Source: a virus (taxonomy: Duplodnaviria; Heunggongvirae; Uroviricota; Caudoviricetes). Taken from it: a DNA stretch of 50,545 nucleotides. The position numbers and the translations under genes are program-made. The notes beneath the pieces are model-generated. The model ran no database searches, had not been told where the DNA came from, and saw only the letters and a list, made by a program, of their open reading frames with translations. Within the stretch, counting starts at the first letter, position 1. The number at the start of each line of letters is the position of its first letter. Where the stretch lies: the IMG/VR virus record IMGVR_UViG_2617270947_000016; one strand, given 5' to 3'. Positions 37,894 to 46,733 of this stretch are shown piece by piece.

Positions 37894-38777
37894 GCGGCAA
37901 CACCTCCGATACGAGAACGGTAGCTGGGCCAGTTAAACGACAACCAGTTGCGCCCGCCATCGGTGATCCTGTCGGCAATCCGGGGACTGATGAACGCCCA
38001 CAATTCTTCCGGTGAAAGGTTGCTGATCAGGATAGTTGGCAAAATACCCTCATACCGGGCATTGATAATTTCCTGCAAAATGGCCATTTCAGCCGCACTG
38101 CCAAACTGAACGCCGACTTCGTCGACAATCAGCAAATCCAGTGACGCATAATGCTCAATGACGTCATCCGCTGTTTTTTCACTGTCATTCCGCCAGCAGT
38201 TTTTCACAGCCCGGGTAAGGCGCATCACGTCGGTGATCTCCACACTGGCCAGATAGTTACGGATGATGTGTTTTGCCATTGATACCGCCAGATGATTTTT
38301 CCCGGTACCGCAACTGCCGGTCATAACAAGACTGGTACCGTTCTCCAGCATATCTGGCCAGTTCTCCGCATAGCGGCGACAGGCCGCAAGATTTCTGGCT
38401 GCGTCAGGATTAACCTCCAGATAATTATCAAACTCGCAGTCCCGAAAACGCAGAGCAATTCCGGCGTTATCAGTCAGTTCTTCCGCCTTGAGGGACGACA
38501 GTTCCATGGTCAAATCACTGGCCTCAGCGATCAAGCAGTCAGGGCAGCATGAAATTTTTTCTCTGTCCTCGCCATTACGATCGATCCACACCAGTATATG
38601 CGTACGATATTTACCGTGTTTTTCGCAATATCCGCGACCTTCACGCATCAGGCAGGAACGATAAGGCCATGGCTTTTCGCCCTTCTGAGCAAATGCAATC
38701 TCTGCCCGTAACTCATCCATTCGCGCCTGTAGTCTTGTTTGTTTCTCACGTTGGTCAATCGTCATCATCGCTGTCAC
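37890..38777 (-). CDS. Helicase loader / DnaC-IstB-like AAA+ ATPase
   Basis: 295 aa; Walker A GSCGTGKNH and Walker B LLIVDEVG. Confidence 0.8.
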   Translation of the reverse strand: MTAMMTIDQREKQTRLQARMDELRAEIAFAQKGEKPWPYRSCLMREGRGYCEKHGKYRTHILVWIDRNGEDREKISCCPDCLIAEASDLTMELSSLKAEELTDNAGIALRFRDCEFDNYLEVNPDAARNLAACRRYAENWPDMLENGTSLVMTGSCGTGKNHLAVSMAKHIIRNYLASVEITDVMRLTRAVKNCWRNDSEKTADDVIEHYASLDLLIVDEVGVQFGSAAEMAILQEIINARYEGILPTILISNLSPEELWAFISPRIADRITDGGRNWLSFNWPSYRSRIGGVAA

Positions 38778-38778
38778 C

Positions 38779-39771
38779 TCAGAATGTCAATTTGTTACTG
38801 GATTTACCGAATTTGTCAGACATGGCTCCCAGGCCAGCCAGGACATCGACCTGTCGCTGTCGCCCACCTCCGTGAGCGGCTGGCTGTTGCCAGTAATCTT
38901 CGAAGTGACGATCGGGTCCAAAGAACGTCGCAGCCTGCTTCACGAACTGTGTGCCGGTATTTCCTGTAGCACGTACCCAGGCGGCATACCGCTTCACGCC
39001 ATCAAGCATGGTCTCCGGTTTTATTCCCTCCCTGATACGGGCTTTCCAGGCTTTGAAGGCTGCTGACTTGGAATTGCCACCAGCACGTTTGGGATATTCC
39101 TGCCAGGCCTGTTCAAATTCCGGTGAATATTCCTGTCGGGCAGAACGCGCTGGCGCAGACGCGTCAGCGGATGCATCAATAGTGTTTTTAGTCTCCGTTG
39201 TAATCTCTGTAGTAATCTCTGTATTTGTATCAACATTCGGCGTATCCCCTGTTCCGTTATGACGTCGGGGGGTGTTCCGTTTTAACGTAATAGCTGTATC
39301 GCTGATTGCATTATTGCTGTTACTTTCTGGCGAAACAGAAGAAGGTGTGGTGATGGCCGCAATTGCCTGTGGGTTGATCCCGACAAACAAAATATTGCTG
39401 CATTTCACCCCATCGAGCATTTCCACCGTGCGTAAATCCAGAGTAATAAACCCTGCATCGCGCAGACGCTTCAGCGCATCTGCGGTTTCCCTTTTCCCGA
39501 AACCAAACTGCTCAGCAAACGCCTGGTAGCTTCTTTGCAGTTTGTCGCCCTGAAAACGCTTGCGATATCCCAGCAACGCTCCGGTGTGCTCATCCCTGAC
39601 CTCTGTCGGGCGGTACCAGTAAACGATCTCTGAAAGCAGAGCGATAGCCGTCGCATCCGGACGCCCACTGGGTAGTCGAATATATTTCCACCAGTTCGCA
39701 GGTGTAACATTGCCGGAAATATTAATTTGACCAATAGCCATAACTTCCGGTGTGGGGGCGTAACGGCTCAT
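38779..39771 (-). CDS. Replication initiator, O-like / replisome organiser
   Basis: 330 aa; position upstream of DnaC/DnaB-like genes; internal TEITTEIT repeats encoded by iteron-like DNA repeats. Confidence 0.65.
   Translation of the reverse strand: MSRYAPTPEVMAIGQINISGNVTPANWWKYIRLPSGRPDATAIALLSEIVYWYRPTEVRDEHTGALLGYRKRFQGDKLQRSYQAFAEQFGFGKRETADALKRLRDAGFITLDLRTVEMLDGVKCSNILFVGINPQAIAAITTPSSVSPESNSNNAISDTAITLKRNTPRRHNGTGDTPNVDTNTEITTEITTETKNTIDASADASAPARSARQEYSPEFEQAWQEYPKRAGGNSKSAAFKAWKARIREGIKPETMLDGVKRYAAWVRATGNTGTQFVKQAATFFGPDRHFEDYWQQPAAHGGGRQRQVDVLAGLGAMSDKFGKSSNKLTF
39190..39285. repeat. Iteron-like direct repeats inside O-like gene (candidate origin of replication)
   Basis: GTAATCTCTGTA at 39200-39211 and 39212-39223; TGTTCCGTT at 39250 and 39273. 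Confidence 0.35.
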
Positions 39772-40067
39772 ACAACCTCCTTCCGCGGCATGAGAATTGT
39801 GTAGCCACGCGCAGGTTGTAGTCTGGCTTTTGCATCAATAGTAAGCGTTGCAATTTTTCGGATATGAAGATAACCAGCTCTTTCCAGTGCCAGGTTTTCC
39901 CTGAATATCGCTTGCTTAGAACAACAGCAGAAATCAGCAAGCACCTGATGATCAATAACTCTCTCGCCTTCACCGTCTGAAGAACCCGACATCAAAACAC
40001 GCAACATAATCAGGCGCTGAATCGGGTTATCGAAAGCACATCCGCACACAAACTGAAAACAGTTCAC
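39768..40067 (-). CDS. Hypothetical protein with putative winged-helix motif
   Basis: 99 aa ORF overlapping O-like start by 4 nt. Confidence 0.4.
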   Translation of the reverse strand: MNCFQFVCGCAFDNPIQRLIMLRVLMSGSSDGEGERVIDHQVLADFCCCSKQAIFRENLALERAGYLHIRKIATLTIDAKARLQPARGYTILMPRKEVV

Positions 40068-40288
40068 GCCACACCTCCCAGACGCTTAAACATTTTTCCA
40101 GACAGAAATACCGCCAGAGGGTAACTGATGGTGTAGCTACGCCCCTGTAGTTCGCACACGACTTTCTGGCTTTCAGCGTTGACTAGGCAAACCCGCAGAA
40201 CGTGACCGTTGCTGGTGGCGAACCACTGCCCCACACGGGGGCAACGGTTGTATCGGTGATACAGGGAATTAACGATGTGGCGGATCAT
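40064..40288 (-). CDS. Hypothetical protein
   Basis: 74 aa ORF, overlapping start/stop with neighbours. Confidence 0.35.
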   Translation of the reverse strand: MIRHIVNSLYHRYNRCPRVGQWFATSNGHVLRVCLVNAESQKVVCELQGRSYTISYPLAVFLSGKMFKRLGGVA

Positions 40289-40479
40289 GGACGCACCTCC
40301 GCCGTAGTTACGTATTTAACCGGGCTACCTTTCATTGAGATGGTTTCACACATCTCTGCCGCTTTCAGTTCCGCTGTTTTTCTGGATTTATAGCGACGGT
40401 GCCAGACAGATACATCCGTGCGAACTGATACATCGTTTCTGTATTCCGTAGTGGAGATGATGATTTCGTAACTAATCAT
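40285..40479 (-). CDS. Hypothetical protein
   Basis: 64 aa ORF, overlapping start/stop with neighbours. Confidence 0.35.
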   Translation of the reverse strand: MISYEIIISTTEYRNDVSVRTDVSVWHRRYKSRKTAELKAAEMCETISMKGSPVKYVTTAEVRP

Positions 40480-41339
40480 GGGCGAACCTCCTTGTCAGAA
40501 CCATTCAGCCTGGAATCAACAAGTGCAGCGCCAAAAACAGCATCACCAACACGGTCGTACAGTTTGCTAGCCAGCGGAGATTCAACGGCCTTAAGCATTG
40601 GATAAAGCTGGCTTGTCCAGATTTGATGGATTTCACGCAAATGCAGGTATACGCCTCTGGCGTTTCGTGCGACAGCTGACATATCAGACGCATCGGCACC
40701 TGATAAACTCTTCTCCATCAGGTTAAAGGCGTTGATGTATGCCTCTTTGAACCGGGCAGCACGTTTACCAGTGAAGCCCATGGCAAGAAACGCAAAACCG
40801 TCGCGGGTGATTTGGTAACAAGGGAGCTTGCGTGTACCACCGTTCGGTTGATTTACCGAAATCGATGTCTCCGCAAAATTGCGGGCACAAAACTCAGGGG
40901 AACAATCCAGAGTGCGGATCTTTTTCAGCACATCGTCATGACGCTTGGAGAAGAAGTTGGCAACAGCCAAAGAAGTGGTAACGGCCTGGCCGTTGTCAAT
41001 GGTGATTTCAGGTTGAGTGAGGGCTGGGATCGTAGCCATGATGGCAGCCTCCGTTGACAGTGAAAAACTTCCACCACCGGAAACGCCAATTTCACTGGTG
41101 GTGAACTGGACGGGGTTGGCGTAACCGGCGTCAACGGAGACCGGCGCACCTTTCGGTGCCCCCGCCCAGCCCACCATAATCTGGATGTGAGCAAATGCGG
41201 ACGATAAAAAAGACGCTGACGCGTCATACATCGCCGTTGACAATTTCAGGACGCCAATCCCGGCACCCGCTTTATAAGGTGCGGAGACAGTGTAACGTCC
41301 CGAAATTGCAGAATCAATATTTGGTCTTGAAATGATCAT
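40476..41339 (-). CDS. Protein with C-terminal Rha-family (phage regulatory protein) domain
   Basis: 287 aa; ...KRHDDVLKKIRTL...ITRDGFAFLAMGFTGKRAARFKEAYINAFNLME pattern. Confidence 0.55.
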   Translation of the reverse strand: MIISRPNIDSAISGRYTVSAPYKAGAGIGVLKLSTAMYDASASFLSSAFAHIQIMVGWAGAPKGAPVSVDAGYANPVQFTTSEIGVSGGGSFSLSTEAAIMATIPALTQPEITIDNGQAVTTSLAVANFFSKRHDDVLKKIRTLDCSPEFCARNFAETSISVNQPNGGTRKLPCYQITRDGFAFLAMGFTGKRAARFKEAYINAFNLMEKSLSGADASDMSAVARNARGVYLHLREIHQIWTSQLYPMLKAVESPLASKLYDRVGDAVFGAALVDSRLNGSDKEVRP

Positions 41340-41423
41340 ATAGCTGCTGATATCTTTAGAACTGTTCTTGGATGTTTCGGAGCCGTTTTATGCGAAACAG
41401 CTCCCCGTTATTGATGTTGAGTG

Positions 41424-41449
41424 AGCCGGGTTACTCCCGGCTTTTTTTC
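41424..41449 (+). terminator. Intrinsic terminator on plus strand inside the early-right operon (OOP-like antisense RNA terminator candidate)
   Basis: AGCCGGG-TTACT-CCCGGCT followed by TTTTTTT on plus strand. Confidence 0.45.
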
Positions 41450-42155
41450 ACCGCTGCCAACCAATAACCTGAAATAACCCCATTTTCGGGTGATACCAGC
41501 GAGTCCCTCGCGGTTCTGCTTCCTCCATAACCCGATAAAAAGCAGCCATAAACGGTTCCACAGCAACAATTGCGCGACGTGACAACAATCCGTCCGGCGT
41601 CATGAACTCATGGGTGTCTGTAGGAATCTGATAGGCGTTCACCAGATTGCGGCATTTATCATCTGACAAACCGGTTTTTGCTTTCAGTTGGCGATATCCG
41701 GCATAGCCCTCACGAATAGTGCCCTTTTTAATTTGCTCGACTGTTTCAGCAACGTGGCTGACTTTTTCTTCCACCTGAGTGATCCGTTTCTGCTGACGAA
41801 CTGCTTCAAGAGCCATCGCGGCAACCATTTCGATTTCGCTCATTGGCTTACGGATCTGTTCTTCCAGTTCGCGCCAGCGATCTACCAGGCGAGCAGTGAA
41901 TTCAGGACAGAGCTGTGCGACGACAATGATGCTGTCGCGCTTACCTTGTTCTCCTTCAAACAGGTAATGCTCATATTGAACTTTAAAACCTAAGTTATTG
42001 ATTCTTTCGGAAACCTCAATTTGAGGAGACCGGACAACGCCACCTTTGGCTAATGTTTCAATAGTGCGTTTCACATTGTCATGACGTTTACCCACCAGCT
42101 CTGCGATCTCAACGCTGGTCATGGATGCTTTGCCGTTAAAAATTGCGGTGTTCAT
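41448..42155 (-). CDS. Rha-family phage regulatory protein
   Basis: 235 aa; MTSVEIAELVGKRHDNVKRTIETL N-terminal motif. Confidence 0.65.
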   Translation of the reverse strand: MNTAIFNGKASMTSVEIAELVGKRHDNVKRTIETLAKGGVVRSPQIEVSERINNLGFKVQYEHYLFEGEQGKRDSIIVVAQLCPEFTARLVDRWRELEEQIRKPMSEIEMVAAMALEAVRQQKRITQVEEKVSHVAETVEQIKKGTIREGYAGYRQLKAKTGLSDDKCRNLVNAYQIPTDTHEFMTPDGLLSRRAIVAVEPFMAAFYRVMEEAEPRGTRWYHPKMGLFQVIGWQR

Positions 42156-42379
42156 TGTTGGTCTCCTGTGGGCTTGTCATCTTCTGTATTCGCTAGACTT
42201 GGGTGTGTATATGGAATGCTCGGATCCAGATGACAAAGAATGGCAACATCCTCCGGAACACCTCGCGTTTTCCACTTTCCAACACCTTGACTGCCACGAG
42301 GCCTTCCTTTCTTTGGGAACCTGCGACCAATAGCGGCATTGGTTTTAAATTGAATTTTTAATATTTCATAAAGGGTCAT
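42152..42379 (-). CDS. Hypothetical basic protein in Cro position
   Basis: 75 aa ORF divergent from cI; weak RBS; Lys/Arg/Pro-rich. Confidence 0.3.
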   Translation of the reverse strand: MTLYEILKIQFKTNAAIGRRFPKKGRPRGSQGVGKWKTRGVPEDVAILCHLDPSIPYTHPSLANTEDDKPTGDQQ

Positions 42380-42490
42380 TCTTTAGTCTCACACCAGATA
42401 CTTTGTTATCCAACGATGTTAACCACGGGAATCCAAAGTATCAAGAAATTCTGTTACTTTAGTATCAACAGCCATGAGAGGAGAAGAAAA
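42380..42490. promoter_or_regulatory. Right operator/promoter region with GTATCA/TGATAC dyad motifs
   Basis: GATACT at 42397, AGTATC at 42437 and 42461, AAAGTA/TACTTT inverted repeat; between divergent cI and early-right genes. Confidence 0.45.
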
Positions 42491-43147
42491 ATGAAGTCTT
42501 TAGGTGAACGTCTCATCAACGCACGGCAAAAAGCTGGGTTAACACAAGATGCGTTGGCTAAAAAAGCTGGGATCACCAGAGTTGCAATCAGTAAAGCCGA
42601 GCAAGGCCTTACAAAAAGTTTCAACGGTGACACCCTTTTTAAAGTTGCAGCTGCACTGCGGTGTTCACCGCAGTGGCTTCAGAACGGAGATGAAAAAGAT
42701 AAGCATTGGGAAAATAATGTTAAGAGCTGCCCACAGAGAGACACAGCACACTCTTACCCTGTAATTAACTGGGTTCAGGCAGGATTATTCGCAACTTCTG
42801 GTGATGACTACAACATGTATGATCAGGATAATTGGAGGCATTCTGTAAAATACGCTGGTGAGAGGGGGTTCTGGCTGGAAGTGCACGGAGACTCAATGAC
42901 TTCGCCCGTAGGAATAACATTTCCTGAAGGAATGTCGATCCTTGTCAACCCAGATAAAGAAGTTTTTTCAGGGTGTTACGTCATCGCCAGAAAAAAATCC
43001 ACCAATGAAGCAACATTCAAAAAATATATTTCTGACATGGGAAAGGCGTTTCTAAAGCCCCTTAATCCACAATATCCAATCATAGAAATGGACAATGATT
43101 GCGAAATAGTAGGTGTTGTGGTTGATGCCAGGTGGGATATTTTCTGA
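42491..43147 (+). CDS. cI: CI-type repressor (HTH_XRE plus LexA-like S24 peptidase domain)
   Basis: Start at MKSLGERLINARQKAGLTQ with RBS GAGAGGAG; C-terminal WLEVHGDSM...FKK...LKPLNPQYP closely resembles lambda CI. Confidence 0.88.
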   Translation: MKSLGERLINARQKAGLTQDALAKKAGITRVAISKAEQGLTKSFNGDTLFKVAAALRCSPQWLQNGDEKDKHWENNVKSCPQRDTAHSYPVINWVQAGLFATSGDDYNMYDQDNWRHSVKYAGERGFWLEVHGDSMTSPVGITFPEGMSILVNPDKEVFSGCYVIARKKSTNEATFKKYISDMGKAFLKPLNPQYPIIEMDNDCEIVGVVVDARWDIF

Positions 43148-43149
43148 CC

Positions 43150-43250
43150 AGACACAAAACACAAAAAGAAACCAAAGTATCAAAAATCACTTGCCACACC
43201 TTGATACCTTAGTTACCATAAAACAAAGTTCGTAACTGAGGTATCATCTC
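43150..43250. promoter_or_regulatory. Left operator/promoter region sharing GTATCAA/TTGATAC dyads
   Basis: AAAGTATCAA at 43174 and inverted TTGATACCTT at 43201; AGGTATCAT at 43239. Confidence 0.4.
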
Positions 43251-43754
43251 ATGATCAATAAAGCTACAACTCTTGACTGTCTCGAAGAACTGAAAAACCT
43301 CGGCAGCCTCATTACACTAATAGCAAAAGCAACACCTGATGCTACGCTCTCTAGCGATATAGAGTCATGCGCAGGACTGGCATGGGATATGACAAATAGC
43401 ATATCCAGAAAGCTATCGTCAGCAATGCTTTTACAGAACAAAAATTCTGCAATCAACAACCGTCTTCGCACCCAACGCGAAGCCTGCGGCTTAACAACCG
43501 CCGAACTCGCCAGGCTGCTCGATCTCGATGAAGAAATTATCATCCAGTGGGAGAGCGGAGAGTATGAACCAACTATCAGTATGCTTATCCCACTGGCAAA
43601 TATTCTTGGCTGCGATCCGATGTGCCTGTTAACTGGTGAGGTTACTCCTCCGGAGCAACCAAAAAGTGAGGAGCAGCAACACCATGACGCATCTCAACAA
43701 GTTTGCCCCTTATCTCGCGAAGCTCTTCTGCGGAAGAACCAATACCAATGGTGA
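43251..43754 (+). CDS. Hypothetical protein with C-terminal HTH_XRE domain, first gene of early-left operon
   Basis: 167 aa; C-terminal LTTAELARLLDLDEEIIIQWESGEYEPTISMLIPLANILG is an XRE-type HTH. Confidence 0.5.
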   Translation: MINKATTLDCLEELKNLGSLITLIAKATPDATLSSDIESCAGLAWDMTNSISRKLSSAMLLQNKNSAINNRLRTQREACGLTTAELARLLDLDEEIIIQWESGEYEPTISMLIPLANILGCDPMCLLTGEVTPPEQPKSEEQQHHDASQQVCPLSREALLRKNQYQW

Positions 43755-43902
43755 CATAATCGCCGCTTCGCCCTTCAAGGTACATGCGAACATTTTTATC
43801 AATCATTGCGGAAACAGTCTCAATATGAAAACACTTCTGAGACTCACTATATAGCAGAACATATAAGTCAGCTGAGGAAGCCATGAAAAAGTTCGAAAAC
43901 AT
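43642..43902 (-). CDS. Possible antisense-encoded protein
   Basis: 86 aa ORF with GGAGA RBS; overlaps 3' end of the 167 aa gene. Confidence 0.2.
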   Translation of the reverse strand: MFSNFFMASSADLYVLLYSESQKCFHIETVSAMIDKNVRMYLEGRSGDYVTIGIGSSAEELREIRGKLVEMRHGVAAPHFLVAPEE

Positions 43903-44248
43903 AACTGTTCTCCATGTTGATGACTTTGATTATACAAACCCGGAACTTCTCCCGGAGGTTGTAAAGGCAATAGATGTTGCCGATATAGTGATTAGAGAAA
44001 AGAGAATTGTCAAAAACAGGCTCGCATGCACTTCAGGAGCAATGACAGAAACAACCTCACAGCAAGATAATTACGAAGGCATTTGTCTGGAGCCTGATTC
44101 ATTTGCGGTAAATGTTTATCATTTATTGCATGCAACACAGGTATTACATATGTCCAGTAATCACGAAACGAAAACACTCGGCAGCGAAATTCTGAGTTTT
44201 GCATGTGAGTATACAAAAGCTGCTGCCGAAAAAGAATTAGCGCAATAA
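43883..44248 (+). CDS. Hypothetical protein
   Basis: 121 aa; strong RBS GAGGAAG. Confidence 0.5.
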   Translation: MKKFENITVLHVDDFDYTNPELLPEVVKAIDVADIVIREKRIVKNRLACTSGAMTETTSQQDNYEGICLEPDSFAVNVYHLLHATQVLHMSSNHETKTLGSEILSFACEYTKAAAEKELAQ

Positions 44249-44326
44249 CAACAAATATGCCCTGAACGTTTATTGCGGTTTTATCGCCGGGGATTGTTAC
44301 AACCTTAATCCACAGGAGGCTTTATT

Positions 44327-44440
44327 GTGACTTTTATAAAGAATATGGCATCACACAAGACCGCCTGCCTTATTGCACAATACGGTGAAAATTACATGCA
44401 TATTGCCTGCTTATTTCTGCGTAAAGCATACGGGAGATAA
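44327..44440 (+). CDS. Possible small protein (37 aa, GTG start)
   Basis: AGGAGG 7 nt upstream of GTG; stop 2 nt before next ATG. Confidence 0.25.
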   Translation: MTFIKNMASHKTACLIAQYGENYMHIACLFLRKAYGR

Positions 44441-44442
44441 TA

Positions 44443-44637
44443 ATGCATCAGAAAACAGCAGAACACGAACAAACCAGAATATTGCTGACCATCAAAAACG
44501 GGAAAGTAATATTCATTCGCCATGTTCATGACGATGAACTTGTAGGAACTCTTTCAACATTCCTGTTTATTGCAGAAAAGGCAGGATATGACGTTATTGC
44601 ACCAGCAGATGAAGATGAAGATGAAGATGAGGAATAA
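44443..44637 (+). CDS. Hypothetical small acidic protein with C-terminal Asp/Glu tail
   Basis: 64 aa; ends ...APADEDEDEDEE. Confidence 0.45.
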   Translation: MHQKTAEHEQTRILLTIKNGKVIFIRHVHDDELVGTLSTFLFIAEKAGYDVIAPADEDEDEDEE

Positions 44638-44642
44638 ATATC

Positions 44643-45224
44643 ATGCAATACGATGAATTCCAGGCTGAAGCAACAGCCAATGGTATACGAACTGGCAGTA
44701 TGACGATTGATTATCACGACGCCATACGTCGTCTGGATGCCGGAGAATTCGATACTCCTAATGTGCGAGGTTTACGTATCCTTCAGTGTCTGGCGCAAGC
44801 CGACGAAGCAGGATTACTGGGTAAACTTCCGGTTGAGATGAAGGTTGCTCAGTGGCGATGGTTGTATGTGACGACATTCATCAACGAAGAAGAAGACAAG
44901 AACGGCACAATTGATATCCTGAATGAACACGGAACAACTGAACACGCCGTGGTATATAACGGGATGTATGGGTTTATGACGATATATCCCGGCCCCATTC
45001 GATTTGCCTTACAACAGTATATTGAATGGAATTTAATTCAAAAATACGGCGAAGCTGAAGGAATGGGAAGAGCGCTGTTTCTTTATCAGAAAATGCTCAC
45101 TACTTCCCCTGATAAAGGTTTCATTCTTTCAGATATGGGTCGAGAAGGGCTTGAAATCCTTCTGAATGAAATTATTAACGAAATGAATGCTCATGGCATG
45201 CAATCCGAAACAGATATTAAGTAA
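44643..45224 (+). CDS. Hypothetical protein
   Basis: 193 aa ORF beginning 5 nt after preceding stop. Confidence 0.5.
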   Translation: MQYDEFQAEATANGIRTGSMTIDYHDAIRRLDAGEFDTPNVRGLRILQCLAQADEAGLLGKLPVEMKVAQWRWLYVTTFINEEEDKNGTIDILNEHGTTEHAVVYNGMYGFMTIYPGPIRFALQQYIEWNLIQKYGEAEGMGRALFLYQKMLTTSPDKGFILSDMGREGLEILLNEIINEMNAHGMQSETDIK

Positions 45225-45234
45225 AAGGGACCAC

Positions 45235-45483
45235 ATGACCGTTATCGAGTATATCCAGGAAAATCCAGATTGCAGTAGAGAAGATATATCCCTCGCACTT
45301 GGAAGAAGCGCAACTTCTATCAGTAATGAATTATCACGGTTATTGTGGAATGGGTTAATAGTACGAACTGGAGAAAAAAACAAAATGATTCTGTACTGCG
45401 TAAACAATCTGCCGTTTGGATACAGCAATCCCCTAAGTGTTATGTTCAACCAGTTACTTAAACAGGTAAGAAATGGCAACTGA
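45235..45483 (+). CDS. Small winged-helix DNA-binding protein (putative)
   Basis: Start MTVIEYIQENPDCSREDISLALGRSATSISNELSRLLWNGLIVR. Confidence 0.4.
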   Translation: MTVIEYIQENPDCSREDISLALGRSATSISNELSRLLWNGLIVRTGEKNKMILYCVNNLPFGYSNPLSVMFNQLLKQVRNGN

Positions 45484-45790
45484 CTCACAACTAACCATAG
45501 AAACGGCCCTGAATGTCGGCCTGGCGCTCCTTGGTTATTTTTACATCGTGTTCTGCAGCGGACGGTGGCTGTCGCTGTTGTTCCTGAAAAAATGGAATAA
45601 ACGCCGTAAGCAGGATGAACGCCAGAAGGCAATGAATGCGTTTTCCGAAGCCTTCGGAATTGACGGCATGGAACCAGGGGATCCAGCTCGCGCAATCAGC
45701 AGAGGGGGTGTAGTAATCCTTGTATATCGGAGTGAAGAGAAAAATGACGATCACAAAACAACGAGTAGAAAAAATCATATATCGCCATGA
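45473..45790 (+). CDS. Hypothetical membrane protein
   Basis: 105 aa; one N-terminal TM segment then basic region. Confidence 0.4.
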   Translation: MATDSQLTIETALNVGLALLGYFYIVFCSGRWLSLLFLKKWNKRRKQDERQKAMNAFSEAFGIDGMEPGDPARAISRGGVVILVYRSEEKNDDHKTTSRKNHISP

Positions 45791-46058
45791 AATGGGACTG
45801 AACAGCGATGTCACTGCCGAAGAGGTTTATGACCTGGCTGTACTGGCGCTGAATTTATCAAATATCGCAAACCTGAAGCGATACGAGCTTGATATGGATG
45901 GTTGCGACTCGTGCGGTCAGGATTGTGGCGCAGATATGACTGAAAATCCTGATGGTGATTATGTCCTGTTTGATGACGTGGTTAAGTTGTTTGAATTTGA
46001 TACAACCACTCAAAAGTTAGAAATCCCGGCAAAGGAGGCTGCCAGTGAGCAAGATTGA
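45744..46058 (+). CDS. Hypothetical protein with Cys-rich acidic motif
   Basis: Start MTITKQ with RBS GGAGTGAAGAG; DMDGCDSCGQDCGADM. Confidence 0.4.
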   Translation: MTITKQRVEKIIYRHEMGLNSDVTAEEVYDLAVLALNLSNIANLKRYELDMDGCDSCGQDCGADMTENPDGDYVLFDDVVKLFEFDTTTQKLEIPAKEAASEQD

Positions 46059-46230
46059 CTATCAGGCACTGCGCGAGGCGGCGGAACAGGCAACGCAAGA
46101 TGAATGGGTAGCATATATTTTGCCGGGTCATAACGGCATTTATCCTGCGCGCACGTCTGAGGGTAGGCATTGTGCGGATACTTTATTGACTGGCCTGGCG
46201 TCTGTCAGGGGCGGGAGAGCATCAACATGA
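46045..46230 (+). CDS. Ea22-like N-terminal fragment (GTG start)
   Basis: 61 aa; MSKIDYQALREAAEQAT shares N-terminus and 5' DNA with gene at 46730. Confidence 0.4.
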   Translation: MSKIDYQALREAAEQATQDEWVAYILPGHNGIYPARTSEGRHCADTLLTGLASVRGGRAST

Positions 46231-46733
46231 GCATCAGAACCTACGCAGTGAATTGCAATGACGCATGGCTAAACACCGAAGGTGATGACATCTCCGGCTC
46301 ATACGTTAAGTACAAAGACCATCAGGAAGTGGTTGCCGCTCTTGAGGCCAAGTGCGCGGCGCTGGCAGCGGAGAATGCGGGAATAAAGTCTGCAATTCCA
46401 GAATCACGGGATATTGAAGATGACAATGACAATATGGATGACGTATCTCTCGCGGAAGACTTCGGGTTCAATCATGCAATAGAACGGATGAGGAGACAGA
46501 TACCTGAAACGCCAACCACTGATGCTTTCCTGGCTGAAGTCCGGGCGCAGGGGGTGGATGCTGCTATAGAAGCTGCAAAAAATCTGGTGGCCCAAGAATA
46601 TGAGTATAAGGATTTCAAAGCGGCGCAGAGTGATTGCTGTATGTACCCTGGTTCAGACCTGGTAGGGAAGGTTGAAATGACTGAGTGGTTAGTTGACTTT
46701 GCTGCCCAGCTTCGCAAAGGAGGCAACCAGTGA
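46227..46733 (+). CDS. Hypothetical protein
   Basis: Start MSIRTYAVNC with RBS GGGAGAG. Confidence 0.45.
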   Translation: MSIRTYAVNCNDAWLNTEGDDISGSYVKYKDHQEVVAALEAKCAALAAENAGIKSAIPESRDIEDDNDNMDDVSLAEDFGFNHAIERMRRQIPETPTTDAFLAEVRAQGVDAAIEAAKNLVAQEYEYKDFKAAQSDCCMYPGSDLVGKVEMTEWLVDFAAQLRKGGNQ

